Of a DNA stretch of 64,000 nt, positions 9,601 to 18,560 are shown piece by piece (the first letter of the stretch is position 1; every line of letters starts with the position of its first letter). The notes under the pieces were generated by a model. It saw only the letters and a program-made list of their open reading frames with translations, searched no databases and was not told where the DNA came from. The translations under genes and the position numbers were made by a program. Location: the NCBI GenBank assembly GCA_021162205.1, contig JAGGZE010000148.1, forward strand, positions 283 to 64,282, in the 5' to 3' direction. The stretch comes from a bacterium. GTDB lineage: Bacteria; UBP14; UBA6098; B30-G16.

Positions 9601-11437
9601 TTAATTCATTTAACTCGGTCTCATCAGCAGGTAGAATATCTTTTGCTAATTTAGGATTGGTGAGAAAATAAACTAACGAATTCCATTTATCTCGTTCCTT
9701 GATTTTGCCGCTTGCAAGAAGTTCTGATATAGCGATAGGTGCCCATTCCTGTCCGATAAGTTTCCCAATCGCTGAATATGGCATTCCATCGGGATTTAAC
9801 GCGATAAATTTCAGTGTCTGTTCACAGATTTCCACAGGAGCGATAGTCGAGACTTTTTCTCGTTTTGCAAGCGAAAAACGCCATCGTTCGGCACCTGGAA
9901 CAAGAAAACCCTCGCTGACAAGTTGCTTCAGGGCGGAATCGATTTCACGCGGCAATCCCGAACTTCCCTTTTGTAAATGTCGAACAAGGTCGTTCAAACC
10001 ATCCACGGCGCCGAGTGTCGAATTTATCCAAATATGCAGATGGGTCAGTGAAAGTGGTTCGAGCTCGGTTGTCTCAATAGGAATATTCACATCGTCAGAT
10101 GAAATATTTTTCGCTATTAAAAGAATTCTGCCAATCGACCGCCGTCGAGTAAGAGCATCTAATAGTTTTTTGGAGATACCATCCTCGAGCATAATAAGCA
10201 ATGGACGCATCGCAGAAATTTCTTCGATAAGTGCGAGCAAATGGGCGAATATTTCATCGCTTCCAGGTTCTGTCAAACTCAATGTAACTCCCACATTTGC
10301 GATAGTCGGGTGTTTTACGAGTCCTGGCACTGCCCAAAGCAAAGCTGGAAGATGGCGACGTAGCGGGTCGCCAAATTCCCATGACAAAAGCTGCATAATC
10401 AAAGATTCGAGTGGGCTAAATGGCGAAACGATAATGGGATAAAAATTTGAAAGCTGACCGACTATTTTGAATTCATTTAGTATTCTTGTATACCCGATAC
10501 CTCTTTCCCCGTGAATCGACCATAAGAATTTTCCTTTTATATTTGGAATTAATTGCCCTGCATTAGCGATAATTTCATCTCTTCCAACAAGTGTGGATTG
10601 AGGCAAATATCGGGCGCGAAGTTGAGGGTCGTCGGGACGCCCCAAAATATTTGCAATAGAACGCCATAGAGTATAAGCGTTATTCGGTCGTTTTTGAGGG
10701 TCTTTTTCGAGTAATGAAAGTAAAAGTTTGCGGAATTCATCGGGAACATTTTCTAAATCACCCTCGACAATCGGGAGATTGAGTTGAAGATTTATACTTT
10801 CGCTGATAGTTTCGCCGAGAAAAGGATTATTTCCCTCGAACATTTCGTAAGCAATCACGCCGAGTGAATAAAGGTCGGCTCGCATATCGGGCTGGTAACC
10901 CTTAAGAATTTCAGGAGCAATATAAGCGACCGTTCCCGATGTAACCGTTTCACCTTCACCGACAGTTCTTGCAAGACCGAAATCGCCGATTATTGCACCA
11001 TCCTTTGTAAGAAAAATATTCCCCGGTTTCAAGTCGAGATGAAGAATCCCACGATTGTGAATAAATGCGAGTCCCTCGGCGATATCGCATAAAATGTTCA
11101 ATGCTTTATCGGCGGATGGCTTTTTATCCTCGAGCGTTTTGCCCTTAATAAGCTCCATAGTGAAGTAATATTTATCGTTCTCCTGCCCGAAATCGAAAAC
11201 CTTAATAATTTTCGGATGAGGCATTCTTGCAACGAGTGCGAATTCTCTGCGGAATCGTTCGATTAAATGCGGTCTTACCCAGCGAGGTGTGAAAACTTTT
11301 AAGGCGAACTTGTTGCCGCTGACACCATCTACCACAGAATATACCGTGCCAAACGAACCTTTACCGAGTTCTTTTACAACCTCGTATTTCCCAAAAATTT
11401 GATTGCTCATTTTTATTCTCCCGATATTAAAAATCAA
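6665..11437 (-). CDS. Giant signalling protein fusing an N-terminal Ser/Thr protein kinase, a STAND-like NTPase with TPR repeats, a GAF domain, and a sigma-54 activator (AAA+, GAFTGA) with a C-terminal Fis-type HTH
   Basis: Kinase: 'GKGSFGTVY', 'ALKVF', 'HLDLKPGNIFL', 'DFGLAR', 'APE'. Sigma-54 activator: 'GETGTGKDLLA', 'GAFTGA', 'VRIIAATNR', 'NWPGNVRQLKN'. HTH: 'NVSKAAQEFGIHRTRLHQLM'. The central ~900 aa is TPR-like and alpha-helical, followed by a GAF-like segment. Confidence 0.85.
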   Translation of the reverse strand: MIFNIGRIKMSNQIFGKYEVVKELGKGSFGTVYSVVDGVSGNKFALKVFTPRWVRPHLIERFRREFALVARMPHPKIIKVFDFGQENDKYYFTMELIKGKTLEDKKPSADKALNILCDIAEGLAFIHNRGILHLDLKPGNIFLTKDGAIIGDFGLARTVGEGETVTSGTVAYIAPEILKGYQPDMRADLYSLGVIAYEMFEGNNPFLGETISESINLQLNLPIVEGDLENVPDEFRKLLLSLLEKDPQKRPNNAYTLWRSIANILGRPDDPQLRARYLPQSTLVGRDEIIANAGQLIPNIKGKFLWSIHGERGIGYTRILNEFKIVGQLSNFYPIIVSPFSPLESLIMQLLSWEFGDPLRRHLPALLWAVPGLVKHPTIANVGVTLSLTEPGSDEIFAHLLALIEEISAMRPLLIMLEDGISKKLLDALTRRRSIGRILLIAKNISSDDVNIPIETTELEPLSLTHLHIWINSTLGAVDGLNDLVRHLQKGSSGLPREIDSALKQLVSEGFLVPGAERWRFSLAKREKVSTIAPVEICEQTLKFIALNPDGMPYSAIGKLIGQEWAPIAISELLASGKIKERDKWNSLVYFLTNPKLAKDILPADETELNELKSKSAGVFVELTELPEFVLSGAQMFYETNDPEKAIKYTRTILKKLKSRYKLDLLLRAYDLVTKCAEESGDNQLWFRAIKKKANTFRLIGELEKAISVYRRLLTKVQKTTDIQKETTVLIDLSGALIKAGKNDEAYSLLNEALEFSRQINDSRLELFSLINIAAVLQARTEMTEAANIFWQARNIATQIQNNTALITVEVNLGYILIAQGKYTQSLDRLLAAASIAEQEKLINQRFASLLGLSIVYRRLGNIELAKRTVVELKEFAHLPLHKVRIRLEELFVNLYGGTLDDPQISLEKILPDLKSLPQTSYNSVMRELLPLCVLSGIPTSELDYFPSIPTDEFASILWKALMSFETGQYETAAETAENLIRKIKYLSESAEIWCSAVQIIISSLSPQQAIDKLDKLMNKPPNDFFVQGYLWQRIAEIYSQKLPDPQKGQLALNKAQEFFSKLDNRTKLAELEHIADYLRGSRYGGDAGLLLEVAKAFTSTLDWETLVTVILDRAVEVSGSNRAILITIDGDNLNPIASRYEDEKTIPIGELKFSTTAVRKAIEAGKSLLVESIPEDEDLAAQQSILDLRILMVIAVPLICHDELFGVLYADAEVKRATFSKRTVRLLETLGEFAAMALYNAKLYGDLVAERDALRAQTREFFGTDFIGGESKSIQEIFPKISAVAKQDITVLLLGETGTGKDLLAKVIHSRSQRTDESFIVLNCAAVPESLLEAELFGYEKGAFTGATHRQLGKLELADNGTLFLDEIGDMSSALQAKLLTSLETGEFMRLGGNKTIKTDVRIIAATNRELEKEIENGNFREDLYYRISTVRIKIPPLRERREDIPLLAQFFLQKTAERFGKNIKGFSSTVVSAIRDYNWPGNVRQLKNAIEEMVLFARGKIITHELLPDFIKTDETLSKSRAQKEFPEPQTYDEFKKLKQELGSDFEKWAIEKLLLRYNYNVSKAAQEFGIHRTRLHQLMTKYGLRKK

Positions 11438-13599
11438 AATTTTATTTTCCAGCCATCGTCTGTTAAAATCAAATTAAAAAATTCGAGTCCAAAATATTCC
11501 TTATCGCCATTACATTTTAAGACAAGTGCATCGACCGAAGCTCTTTCTGTAAGTATATCCATTTGCACATTCATAATACTTGCGAGATAAATTTGAATTC
11601 CAGTAGTCAATTTCACGATAGCCGAATCTGCGATAATACTGTGCAATCGCACCGTATCACCGATATTGACGGCATCGATAAATTCGGAGACAATCCATTC
11701 CGGCGATGGCGTATCGACCGCCCAGATTTCTGCGATTTTATCTTTATATCGAGGACATTCGAGAACACCTGCGACACGATATAAGCTGTCCGCTTTTCTG
11801 AAATCCCCTCGCGATAAAACTATATCTCCCCAATATTCATAAGCTCTCCCAAGAATATATCTGAAACCTGCGGTCTGTCCTGTATATCGAACATTGGTAT
11901 CGGTCGAAAAGTGTCTGGGCATATTGGCGAGGATTTTTTCCGCAAGATTATCCTCACCCGATTTCATCAGATAATCGGCTAAATCGAGTTGTTTTTCCGG
12001 AAGAATATAGGGTGCACTATTGAGCGCATCGAACATAATGTTCACAGCCATATCCCGATGAGTAGAATATATCGAAGAAGCGTATTCATATCCGATTAAA
12101 ATATTTTTCGGTTCGAGAGAATAAGCTTTTTTCAACGCTTGCCGGGATTTCTCGGTGTCTCCGAGCGATTTATAGACCGTAGATTGTTGATACCAGAAAT
12201 AAGCTGAAAAAGGGTCGAGTTTTGAGCATAATTTTAATAATTTAATCTGTTTTGCGGAACTTAATGCACTTTCGTATTTGGAATGAATTGTCCATGCGGC
12301 TCCGATTGCGGTCGAGAATAAAAATCCCGCTAACATTATTACGATAAGCGAAATTTTCTTAATTCCTTTTATTGTTCTCGGTTCTATTTCATCGGAATTT
12401 CTAATACCGATTGCGATTAAAAGGAGAAATGGCAATGAAGTTCCCCAGAAATTCCAATCGAAATCGAGCCCGATATGGATTGCATAGGCGAGTGTTCCGA
12501 GAGAAATCGCCCATAGTATCGGGTCTTTGTTTTTCCTTGCCGAAATGAAAATTATGCCGATAGATGAAAAAATAGCGCATAGAAACAGTATAAATGCAGG
12601 TATTCCACCCTCGGCAGCATATTGCAGATACTGATTGTGAAGATGACTCGATAGATAATGCGAGTTTTTTAGAAAATGTGGATATGCGACTTTGAAAGCT
12701 TCAAAACCGATACCGAATAAAGGTTTTTCCGAGACGATATTAAGTCCCATAGAAAGCATCATCCATCGTTCCTCGACGGGCTCTTCGGGCTTTTCTTTAG
12801 CAACCTCGCCGATTTTTGAAAATCGACCGAGAACCCATTTGGGTGGCATAATTAAAATCGATAGCACAAATCCGATTATTATGGTAATCGCAAGGATTTT
12901 GAAAAATTTCATCGAGATTTTCAACGAGAGCAAAAATATTACGATAGCCGCGAGAGCAAATGCAAGCCAAGCAGCACGGGAAAGTGTTAGGAACAATGCG
13001 GCGAAACTCGATATCGAAATTAACCAATAGAATATTCGCCATCCTTTTGTGGGGTCATATTTTGCAAGCACGAAACTTAATGGCAAAACTAAAATCAAAT
13101 ATCCTGCTGCGGGATTTTTCCAGTAAAATGTGGAGATGAAATGAAGCATCATATCGTGTCTGCCGACAAAGAATCCATATTTTGAACCGAGTAGGAAAAA
13201 GAATCCGATGAGTAAAACGATAGATACTCCGATATAAAATAGTCGGAAAAATTTCCATAGAGGTTTTTCAGCTAAATTGTAAATTGCCCATGCGAAAACG
13301 ATAAGCGCACCCATTTGAGATAGAAATCGCAAAGTTCCATCGGGAGAATAAGTAAATATCAGTGTTACGAATCCCCAGAGCCAAAATAAACTCCAGAATA
13401 ATGCGGGAAAAAATGGTATTTTGAAATGCTGCCGCAAACCTATAAGCACCATAAAACCGAGTCCCCACAAAAGAATGGAAAACATTTCCTTTGTCCCAGA
13501 GTAGGTTCCTCCTCTATCGAGTGCTACCCACAAAAGCAGAATAGGCACTATTATAATAAAAATATTCCGTAAAAATATTTTGTTATCTATTTTTTGCAT
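11434..13599 (-). CDS. Polytopic membrane protein of the O-antigen ligase (Wzy_C) family with a C-terminal TPR domain
   Basis: Ten or more hydrophobic helices, including 'SRAAWLAFALAAIVIFL' typical of Wzy_C/O-antigen ligases. The C-terminal ~250 aa carries TPR-like repeats. The stop overlaps the start of the downstream regulator gene by 4 bp. Confidence 0.65.
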   Translation of the reverse strand: MQKIDNKIFLRNIFIIIVPILLLWVALDRGGTYSGTKEMFSILLWGLGFMVLIGLRQHFKIPFFPALFWSLFWLWGFVTLIFTYSPDGTLRFLSQMGALIVFAWAIYNLAEKPLWKFFRLFYIGVSIVLLIGFFFLLGSKYGFFVGRHDMMLHFISTFYWKNPAAGYLILVLPLSFVLAKYDPTKGWRIFYWLISISSFAALFLTLSRAAWLAFALAAIVIFLLSLKISMKFFKILAITIIIGFVLSILIMPPKWVLGRFSKIGEVAKEKPEEPVEERWMMLSMGLNIVSEKPLFGIGFEAFKVAYPHFLKNSHYLSSHLHNQYLQYAAEGGIPAFILFLCAIFSSIGIIFISARKNKDPILWAISLGTLAYAIHIGLDFDWNFWGTSLPFLLLIAIGIRNSDEIEPRTIKGIKKISLIVIMLAGFLFSTAIGAAWTIHSKYESALSSAKQIKLLKLCSKLDPFSAYFWYQQSTVYKSLGDTEKSRQALKKAYSLEPKNILIGYEYASSIYSTHRDMAVNIMFDALNSAPYILPEKQLDLADYLMKSGEDNLAEKILANMPRHFSTDTNVRYTGQTAGFRYILGRAYEYWGDIVLSRGDFRKADSLYRVAGVLECPRYKDKIAEIWAVDTPSPEWIVSEFIDAVNIGDTVRLHSIIADSAIVKLTTGIQIYLASIMNVQMDILTERASVDALVLKCNGDKEYFGLEFFNLILTDDGWKIKF

Positions 13600-13806
13600 C
13601 GCTATAAAAAATTATAAAATGATTACTTTTGTTAAAATATAATAACTATTGTTATATTTCAAGAAGTTTTTTAATTAAATTTGGTATTTTCCTTAACTAT
13701 AAATATAATAAAAAAAGAACAATAATTCGCAAAAAAATTCTTGATTTTAGAAAATTTAATCTTTCTATATATTAGATAATAAACAAATGAATCCATAGGA
13801 GGAAAA

Positions 13807-14790
13807 ATGAAAGCCGAGATGAAAAATATCCTCGTTACAGGTGCGGTTGGACAAATCGGTTCGGAACTTACAATGGCACTTCGCAAAAAATATGGTGCCG
13901 ATAATGTGGTCGCCACAGGACGGAAAACCGAACCATCGCAGGAGTTGCTCGATTCGGGTCCATTCTATTTCATCGATGTTACCGAACGAGCATCGTTAGA
14001 TGTGGTTATCAAAAAGCATAATATCGACACGATTTATCATATGGCGGCGATTCTTTCCGCAGTGGGCGAAAAACATCCGCATCTATGCTGGGATGTGAAT
14101 ATGAACGGCTCGATAAATGTTCTCGATGCGGCAATCGACTATAATATGACACGAGTTATAATTCCGTCATCGATTGCGGCATTCGGTCCCGATACACCGA
14201 TTGAAAATACTCCGAACGATACGATTCTTCGCCCGACAACGATGTATGGCGTGACAAAGGTTTGCGGAGAAAGACTCGGTGATTATTTCGTGCAAAAATT
14301 CGGAATCGATGTTCGCGGATTGCGCTATCCCGGTATAATTTCTGCGGAAACACTTCCAGGTGGAGGAACGACCGATTATGCTGTCGAAATCTATTACAAA
14401 GCTGTCGAGGATGGCAAATATACCTGTTTCGTTAGCGAGGATACTCGTCTGCCGATGATGTATATGCCAGATTGTATCGATGCGACAATCGACCTTGCCG
14501 AAGCCGATTTCGCGAAATTGAAACATCACTGCGACTTTAATCTCGCTTCGATGAGTTTTTCCGCAGGAGAACTCGCAGCGAGCATCAAAAAATATATCCC
14601 CGATTTCGAGGTGAAATATGACCCCGATTATCGTCAGGAGATTGCGGATTCTTGGCCTTCGAGTATCGATGATTCGGTTGCTCGACAGGAATGGGGATGG
14701 AAACCCGAATGGAATTTAGATAAAATGACGAAAGATATGCTGGAAAAATTGAGAAAACGACATCGAGAGGGGAGACTATACAAAAAATAG
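13807..14790 (+). CDS. NAD-dependent epimerase/dehydratase (L-threonine 3-dehydrogenase-like extended short-chain dehydrogenase/reductase, SDR)
   Basis: 'ILVTGAVGQIGSEL' Rossmann motif and a YxxxK catalytic region. Strong Shine-Dalgarno site AGGAGGA. Confidence 0.75.
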   Translation: MKAEMKNILVTGAVGQIGSELTMALRKKYGADNVVATGRKTEPSQELLDSGPFYFIDVTERASLDVVIKKHNIDTIYHMAAILSAVGEKHPHLCWDVNMNGSINVLDAAIDYNMTRVIIPSSIAAFGPDTPIENTPNDTILRPTTMYGVTKVCGERLGDYFVQKFGIDVRGLRYPGIISAETLPGGGTTDYAVEIYYKAVEDGKYTCFVSEDTRLPMMYMPDCIDATIDLAEADFAKLKHHCDFNLASMSFSAGELAASIKKYIPDFEVKYDPDYRQEIADSWPSSIDDSVARQEWGWKPEWNLDKMTKDMLEKLRKRHREGRLYKK

Positions 14791-14927
14791 TAGGGATGTG
14801 CTGGCAAACGACCATCGTCCATCCTGTGAATAGATATATCGGTCACTACATTGACATATATCGATGAATTATATCGAACAAAAACCATCGAAGAGGAGTA
14901 AAATACGAAAATAAGGGAGTCGAAGTA

Positions 14928-14975
14928 ATTTTGCAGGGCGTCGAAACGATTTTGCAGGGCGTCGAAACGATTTGG
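14928..14975. repeat. Tandem direct repeat of a 21-bp unit 'attttgcagggcgtcgaaacg' (about 2.3 copies)
   Basis: Two perfect adjacent copies at 14928-14948 and 14949-14969, then a partial third copy. Confidence 0.8.
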
Positions 14976-14998
14976 AAGGTTTCAAATTTATTCAAACG

Positions 14999-15112
14999 CA
15001 TTGAAAATTTGTTTCAATGGAACCTTCGGTTCTTTCTAATGGCGACTTTTCTTTCACAAGAGTGAAATTCACTGTCGCCGAACCCTTCGGTTCTTTTTGA
15101 GCCCTTCGGCTC
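14999..15112. repeat. Cluster of five short perfect hairpins containing the 'GAACCTTCGGTTCTTTCTAAT' element
   Basis: Palindrome cattgaaa-atttg-tttcaatg (14999-15019). gaacc-ttc-ggttc (15021-15033). ggcgac…[tttcac-aaga-gtgaaa]…gtcgcc (15041-15079). gaaccc-ttc-ggttc (15080-15093). gagccc-ttc-ggctc (15099-15112). The first 22 bp are identical to 30174-30195. Confidence 0.7.
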
Positions 15113-15226
15113 TTCTTAGTTTGGAAATAATTTATTTATTCCACTGGCATTGCAGGGAATTGTTCCGCTTTTGTGGAACAAGGAAAGCAATGCGAAGAAA
15201 ACACCTTAAAGGTGTGAGGGAGGAAA

Positions 15227-17308
15227 ATGCGTAATTTAATTTTACTATCGGCGATTTTCGTTATGGTTTCGCTGTCCTTTGCCGATGCGAATCTCGATTC
15301 GGTGCGTGTTCAGAGCGAATACGAATTATTTTTCGAGGGCAAGGGAGCAATAGATTATCCTGTGAAATCTGGAACGCCGATAATTTTAGATTTGATTCAC
15401 AATCGGCAATATCTTACAGTTCGGCAAAACGAGATTTTGCAGCATAAATTGGATGTTCGCCCGACTCGTCAGGCATATTATTTGACTCCCGATGGTCATT
15501 TCAAAATTCATTATGATACGACAGATGTCGATACGCACTATGTCCATCGTTGCGGTGAATTTTTCCAGCGAGTATGGCATGTCGAGGTAGATTCGCTTGA
15601 ATTTTTACACCCTGTTCACGATGACACACTCGGCGGAGATAGTCTATTCGATGTATATATAACGGATTTTCCTTGGGCTGTATATGGTGTGACATATCCC
15701 GATGATTACGAAGGGCCGTCGCCATGGCACGATGTCTCTGCGTATGTCGAGGTGAACAGTTCTTATGACGGTTTTCCACCGAATGATGACCCCGAGGGTT
15801 CTGACTGGGGTGCATTTAAGGTAACCTGTGCTCACGAATTCTTCCATGGTGTGCAAATGGCATATAGTCCCGATGAAGAACGATGGATGCTCGAAATCGC
15901 ATCGGTATTTATGGAGGACATCGTCTATGATTATGTCAATGACTATTACAATTATCTTCCACCGTTTTTCAACCAGCCGTGGATTTCGATTATGAAGTTC
16001 GATGGCTCGCACGAGTATTCGTCATGCATTTTTTTCCATTATTTCTACCAGCGGTTTGGAATGGGAATTATCCGCGGGATATTCGAGAGTATGATATACG
16101 AGGATGGTCTCGAAGCGATAGCCGATGCACTCGATTCGGCGGGAGCATCTCTCGATGATGAATTCTTGGGGTTTGTCGGCTGGAACTTTTTGACCGATTC
16201 ATTAGCGGATGATTTCCATTACGATGAAGCGGCAGCATATCCTGCGATGCAAATTCAGGCGACGGTGTCGAGTTTACCATTTACATATTCATCGTCATAT
16301 AGCAGTCGTCCGCACTCGTTCGGCTCGAACTATGTCCTCGTGAATGTTCCATCCGCCGATGCGATTCACATTTCGCTTTCCGGCGATGCAGGTGCAGAAT
16401 GGAAACTCGGTGCGATAGTTTTAGGCGATACTGCACAGATATATGAATTCGACACATCGGGAACCGTTATAACAGACGGAAATTCTGTTGCGATAGTTGT
16501 TCTTCCCGAGGGGAATTATTTGTCGTCTTCGAGTTATAATTATGAGATAACAATCACCGCAAATATGGGTTTGCTCGCAGATGCCGGTGATGACGATATT
16601 CTATGCTGGGGAGATACTACGATTCTCGGCGGTAGCCCGACAGCAACAGGTGGAACATCGCCGTATTCATATATATGGCAACCATCGATGGGATTGGATG
16701 ATTCTACGATTGCAAATCCGACCGCATCGCCTGAAAGTTCGATGGCATATATGCTGATGGTAATCGATGCCGCTGGCGATACTGCGATAGACACGGTTTC
16801 GGTAATTGTAGATTCTGAAATAATTCCGCCTTTTGGAGAGGATACTGTTTCATATCTTTCTGGAACTTGTATCGATATGAACGCCGCTACAACAGGAGGA
16901 ATACCGCCTTATACATATCTTTGGAGTCCCGCAGAATATTTCGACGACTCGACATTGCCCGAGCAAACAGTGCTTGCCGATTCTACCAGAACATATTATG
17001 TGATGATAACGGATTCGTTGGGATGTTCGATTATCGATTCGATAACGGTAGAAGTAATCAATTCGGTTTCCGAGGTTAAATTGCCGATTAAAATCGGTTT
17101 TTCGGCATTTCCAAATCCATTCAACAGTTCGGTTTGTTTCGATATTCCCGAGAATGGCGAAATAAAAATTTCGGATATTTCGGGCAAAACGATTTTCACA
17201 AAAAAAGTTTGCTCGGGAAAATATATATGGAAACCGAAAAATCTTGCAGGTGGGATATACTTCGCAGAATTTTCCAATAGAAGATTTAAAATTCTCTACA
17301 CTCCATAA
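15227..17308 (+). CDS. Secreted HExxH zinc metallopeptidase with a T9SS type-A C-terminal sorting domain
   Basis: Signal peptide 'MRNLILLSAIFVMVSLSFA'. 'CAHEFFHGVQ' HExxH motif. C-terminus 'FSAFPNPFNSSVCFDI…GGIYFAEF' is a type-A CTD. Confidence 0.7.
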   Translation: MRNLILLSAIFVMVSLSFADANLDSVRVQSEYELFFEGKGAIDYPVKSGTPIILDLIHNRQYLTVRQNEILQHKLDVRPTRQAYYLTPDGHFKIHYDTTDVDTHYVHRCGEFFQRVWHVEVDSLEFLHPVHDDTLGGDSLFDVYITDFPWAVYGVTYPDDYEGPSPWHDVSAYVEVNSSYDGFPPNDDPEGSDWGAFKVTCAHEFFHGVQMAYSPDEERWMLEIASVFMEDIVYDYVNDYYNYLPPFFNQPWISIMKFDGSHEYSSCIFFHYFYQRFGMGIIRGIFESMIYEDGLEAIADALDSAGASLDDEFLGFVGWNFLTDSLADDFHYDEAAAYPAMQIQATVSSLPFTYSSSYSSRPHSFGSNYVLVNVPSADAIHISLSGDAGAEWKLGAIVLGDTAQIYEFDTSGTVITDGNSVAIVVLPEGNYLSSSSYNYEITITANMGLLADAGDDDILCWGDTTILGGSPTATGGTSPYSYIWQPSMGLDDSTIANPTASPESSMAYMLMVIDAAGDTAIDTVSVIVDSEIIPPFGEDTVSYLSGTCIDMNAATTGGIPPYTYLWSPAEYFDDSTLPEQTVLADSTRTYYVMITDSLGCSIIDSITVEVINSVSEVKLPIKIGFSAFPNPFNSSVCFDIPENGEIKISDISGKTIFTKKVCSGKYIWKPKNLAGGIYFAEFSNRRFKILYTP

Positions 17309-17310
17309 AA

Positions 17311-18471
17311 ATGGCGGTTTCGAATATCGACAATATTGCAGAGAAATCCGATTCTATGGCAATTTCGTATAAAAATTTGTTCGCCATCGTTTTGATTGCA
17401 TTTATCATAAGATTATTTTTTGCACTAATCGTTCCGACTGTGCCGATATCGGATTGCTCGTGGTATGAAAAAACCGCTATTTCGATTTGCGATGGCAGGA
17501 GTTTTTCTATCGATGGCGAACCCACAGCATATAGAACACCGGGATATTCGTTCGCACTCGGGATTATATATTCGATTTTCGGGAAAAAATTTGTCTATGG
17601 ATATATATTTAATGCAATTTTGGGAGCGCTCGCGGTTCTTTTGCTGATGTTACTCGCTCGAAAATTCACAGATAAATGGAAAACTATCGGATGGATATTC
17701 GCACTTTATCCCGAACATATTATCTATACGAATATTTTATCCAGCGAAATGCTATTTCAGGTAATATTATTACTATGGCTATTAGTCGCTGTGAAAAAGA
17801 AATTTATCTCAAATGGAATTTTGGCGGGAATACTAACATATATTCGTCCAGTCGCACTGTTATTACCACTTTTGGCGATTTTCTGGGATAAACGAAATTG
17901 GAAAAAATATATTATCTCGTTTGTGCTGGCGATAATGATTATAGTCCCCTGGATTGTTCGTAACAGTTCGCAAATCGGTTCACCTGTTATGGCGACAAAT
18001 TTCTGGGTGAATCTATGGCTCGGCAATGGTTCACAGTCGAACGGAACATATTTCGACCCGCAATTTCCTCGAGTATCGAGTGAAATCGAACAGGAGAAAT
18101 GGTTCAGGCAAAAGACATTCGAGAATGTCGAGCGAAATCCATTTAGACCGTTGCGAAATATCCCGATAAAACTTGCCTATTTTTCAATTCCAGTTATGAC
18201 CGCTCCTGTGTGGGGATTAGCGAAAACGATACCCAAGAAATATATGATAGCGACCGCTATTTTATTAACTCTAATAAATATATTGGTTATTTTAGGAGCG
18301 ATTATTGGGATTTTAAGAAAAAAAATCCCGATATCGTTTTTAGTTGCAATTATTTATTTCACGGCTATTCCACTAATATTTTTCGGTGCAGACCGTTATA
18401 GATTTCCAATACTACCACTATCGATATTTTCTGCTGTTGTCGGCTATGAAAAATTGAAATTTAGACAATAA
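17311..18471 (+). CDS. ArnT/PMT-like (GT39/GT83) membrane glycosyltransferase
   Basis: About 11 TM helices. The N-terminal loop 'RLFFALIVPTVPISDCSWYEKTA…YRTPGY' resembles the dolichyl-/undecaprenyl-phosphate sugar transferase family. Starts 3 bp after the stop of the preceding gene. Confidence 0.6.
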   Translation: MAVSNIDNIAEKSDSMAISYKNLFAIVLIAFIIRLFFALIVPTVPISDCSWYEKTAISICDGRSFSIDGEPTAYRTPGYSFALGIIYSIFGKKFVYGYIFNAILGALAVLLLMLLARKFTDKWKTIGWIFALYPEHIIYTNILSSEMLFQVILLLWLLVAVKKKFISNGILAGILTYIRPVALLLPLLAIFWDKRNWKKYIISFVLAIMIIVPWIVRNSSQIGSPVMATNFWVNLWLGNGSQSNGTYFDPQFPRVSSEIEQEKWFRQKTFENVERNPFRPLRNIPIKLAYFSIPVMTAPVWGLAKTIPKKYMIATAILLTLINILVILGAIIGILRKKIPISFLVAIIYFTAIPLIFFGADRYRFPILPLSIFSAVVGYEKLKFRQ

Positions 18472-18560
18472 TTGTGTGAAAATATTTACTTGTAAAATTT
18501 TCCATTGACTTGCAAAATTAAAATATTTATATAGAACTATTTGAAAATGGAGGATTTAAT

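Noticed and set aside
9699-10442. 247-aa plus-strand ORF, one of several such antisense ORFs (22074..22517, 45567..46247, 4646..5140, 63676..63993).
   Set aside because: All lie inside strongly supported genes on the opposite strand. They have low-complexity or odd composition and no Shine-Dalgarno site. They are typical shadow ORFs.
14928-14975. Possible CRISPR array, from the tandem 21-bp repeats here and the 20-bp repeats at 30209-30249.
   Set aside because: There are only 2-2.3 directly abutting copies with no spacers and no cas genes. This is simple tandem duplication, not CRISPR.
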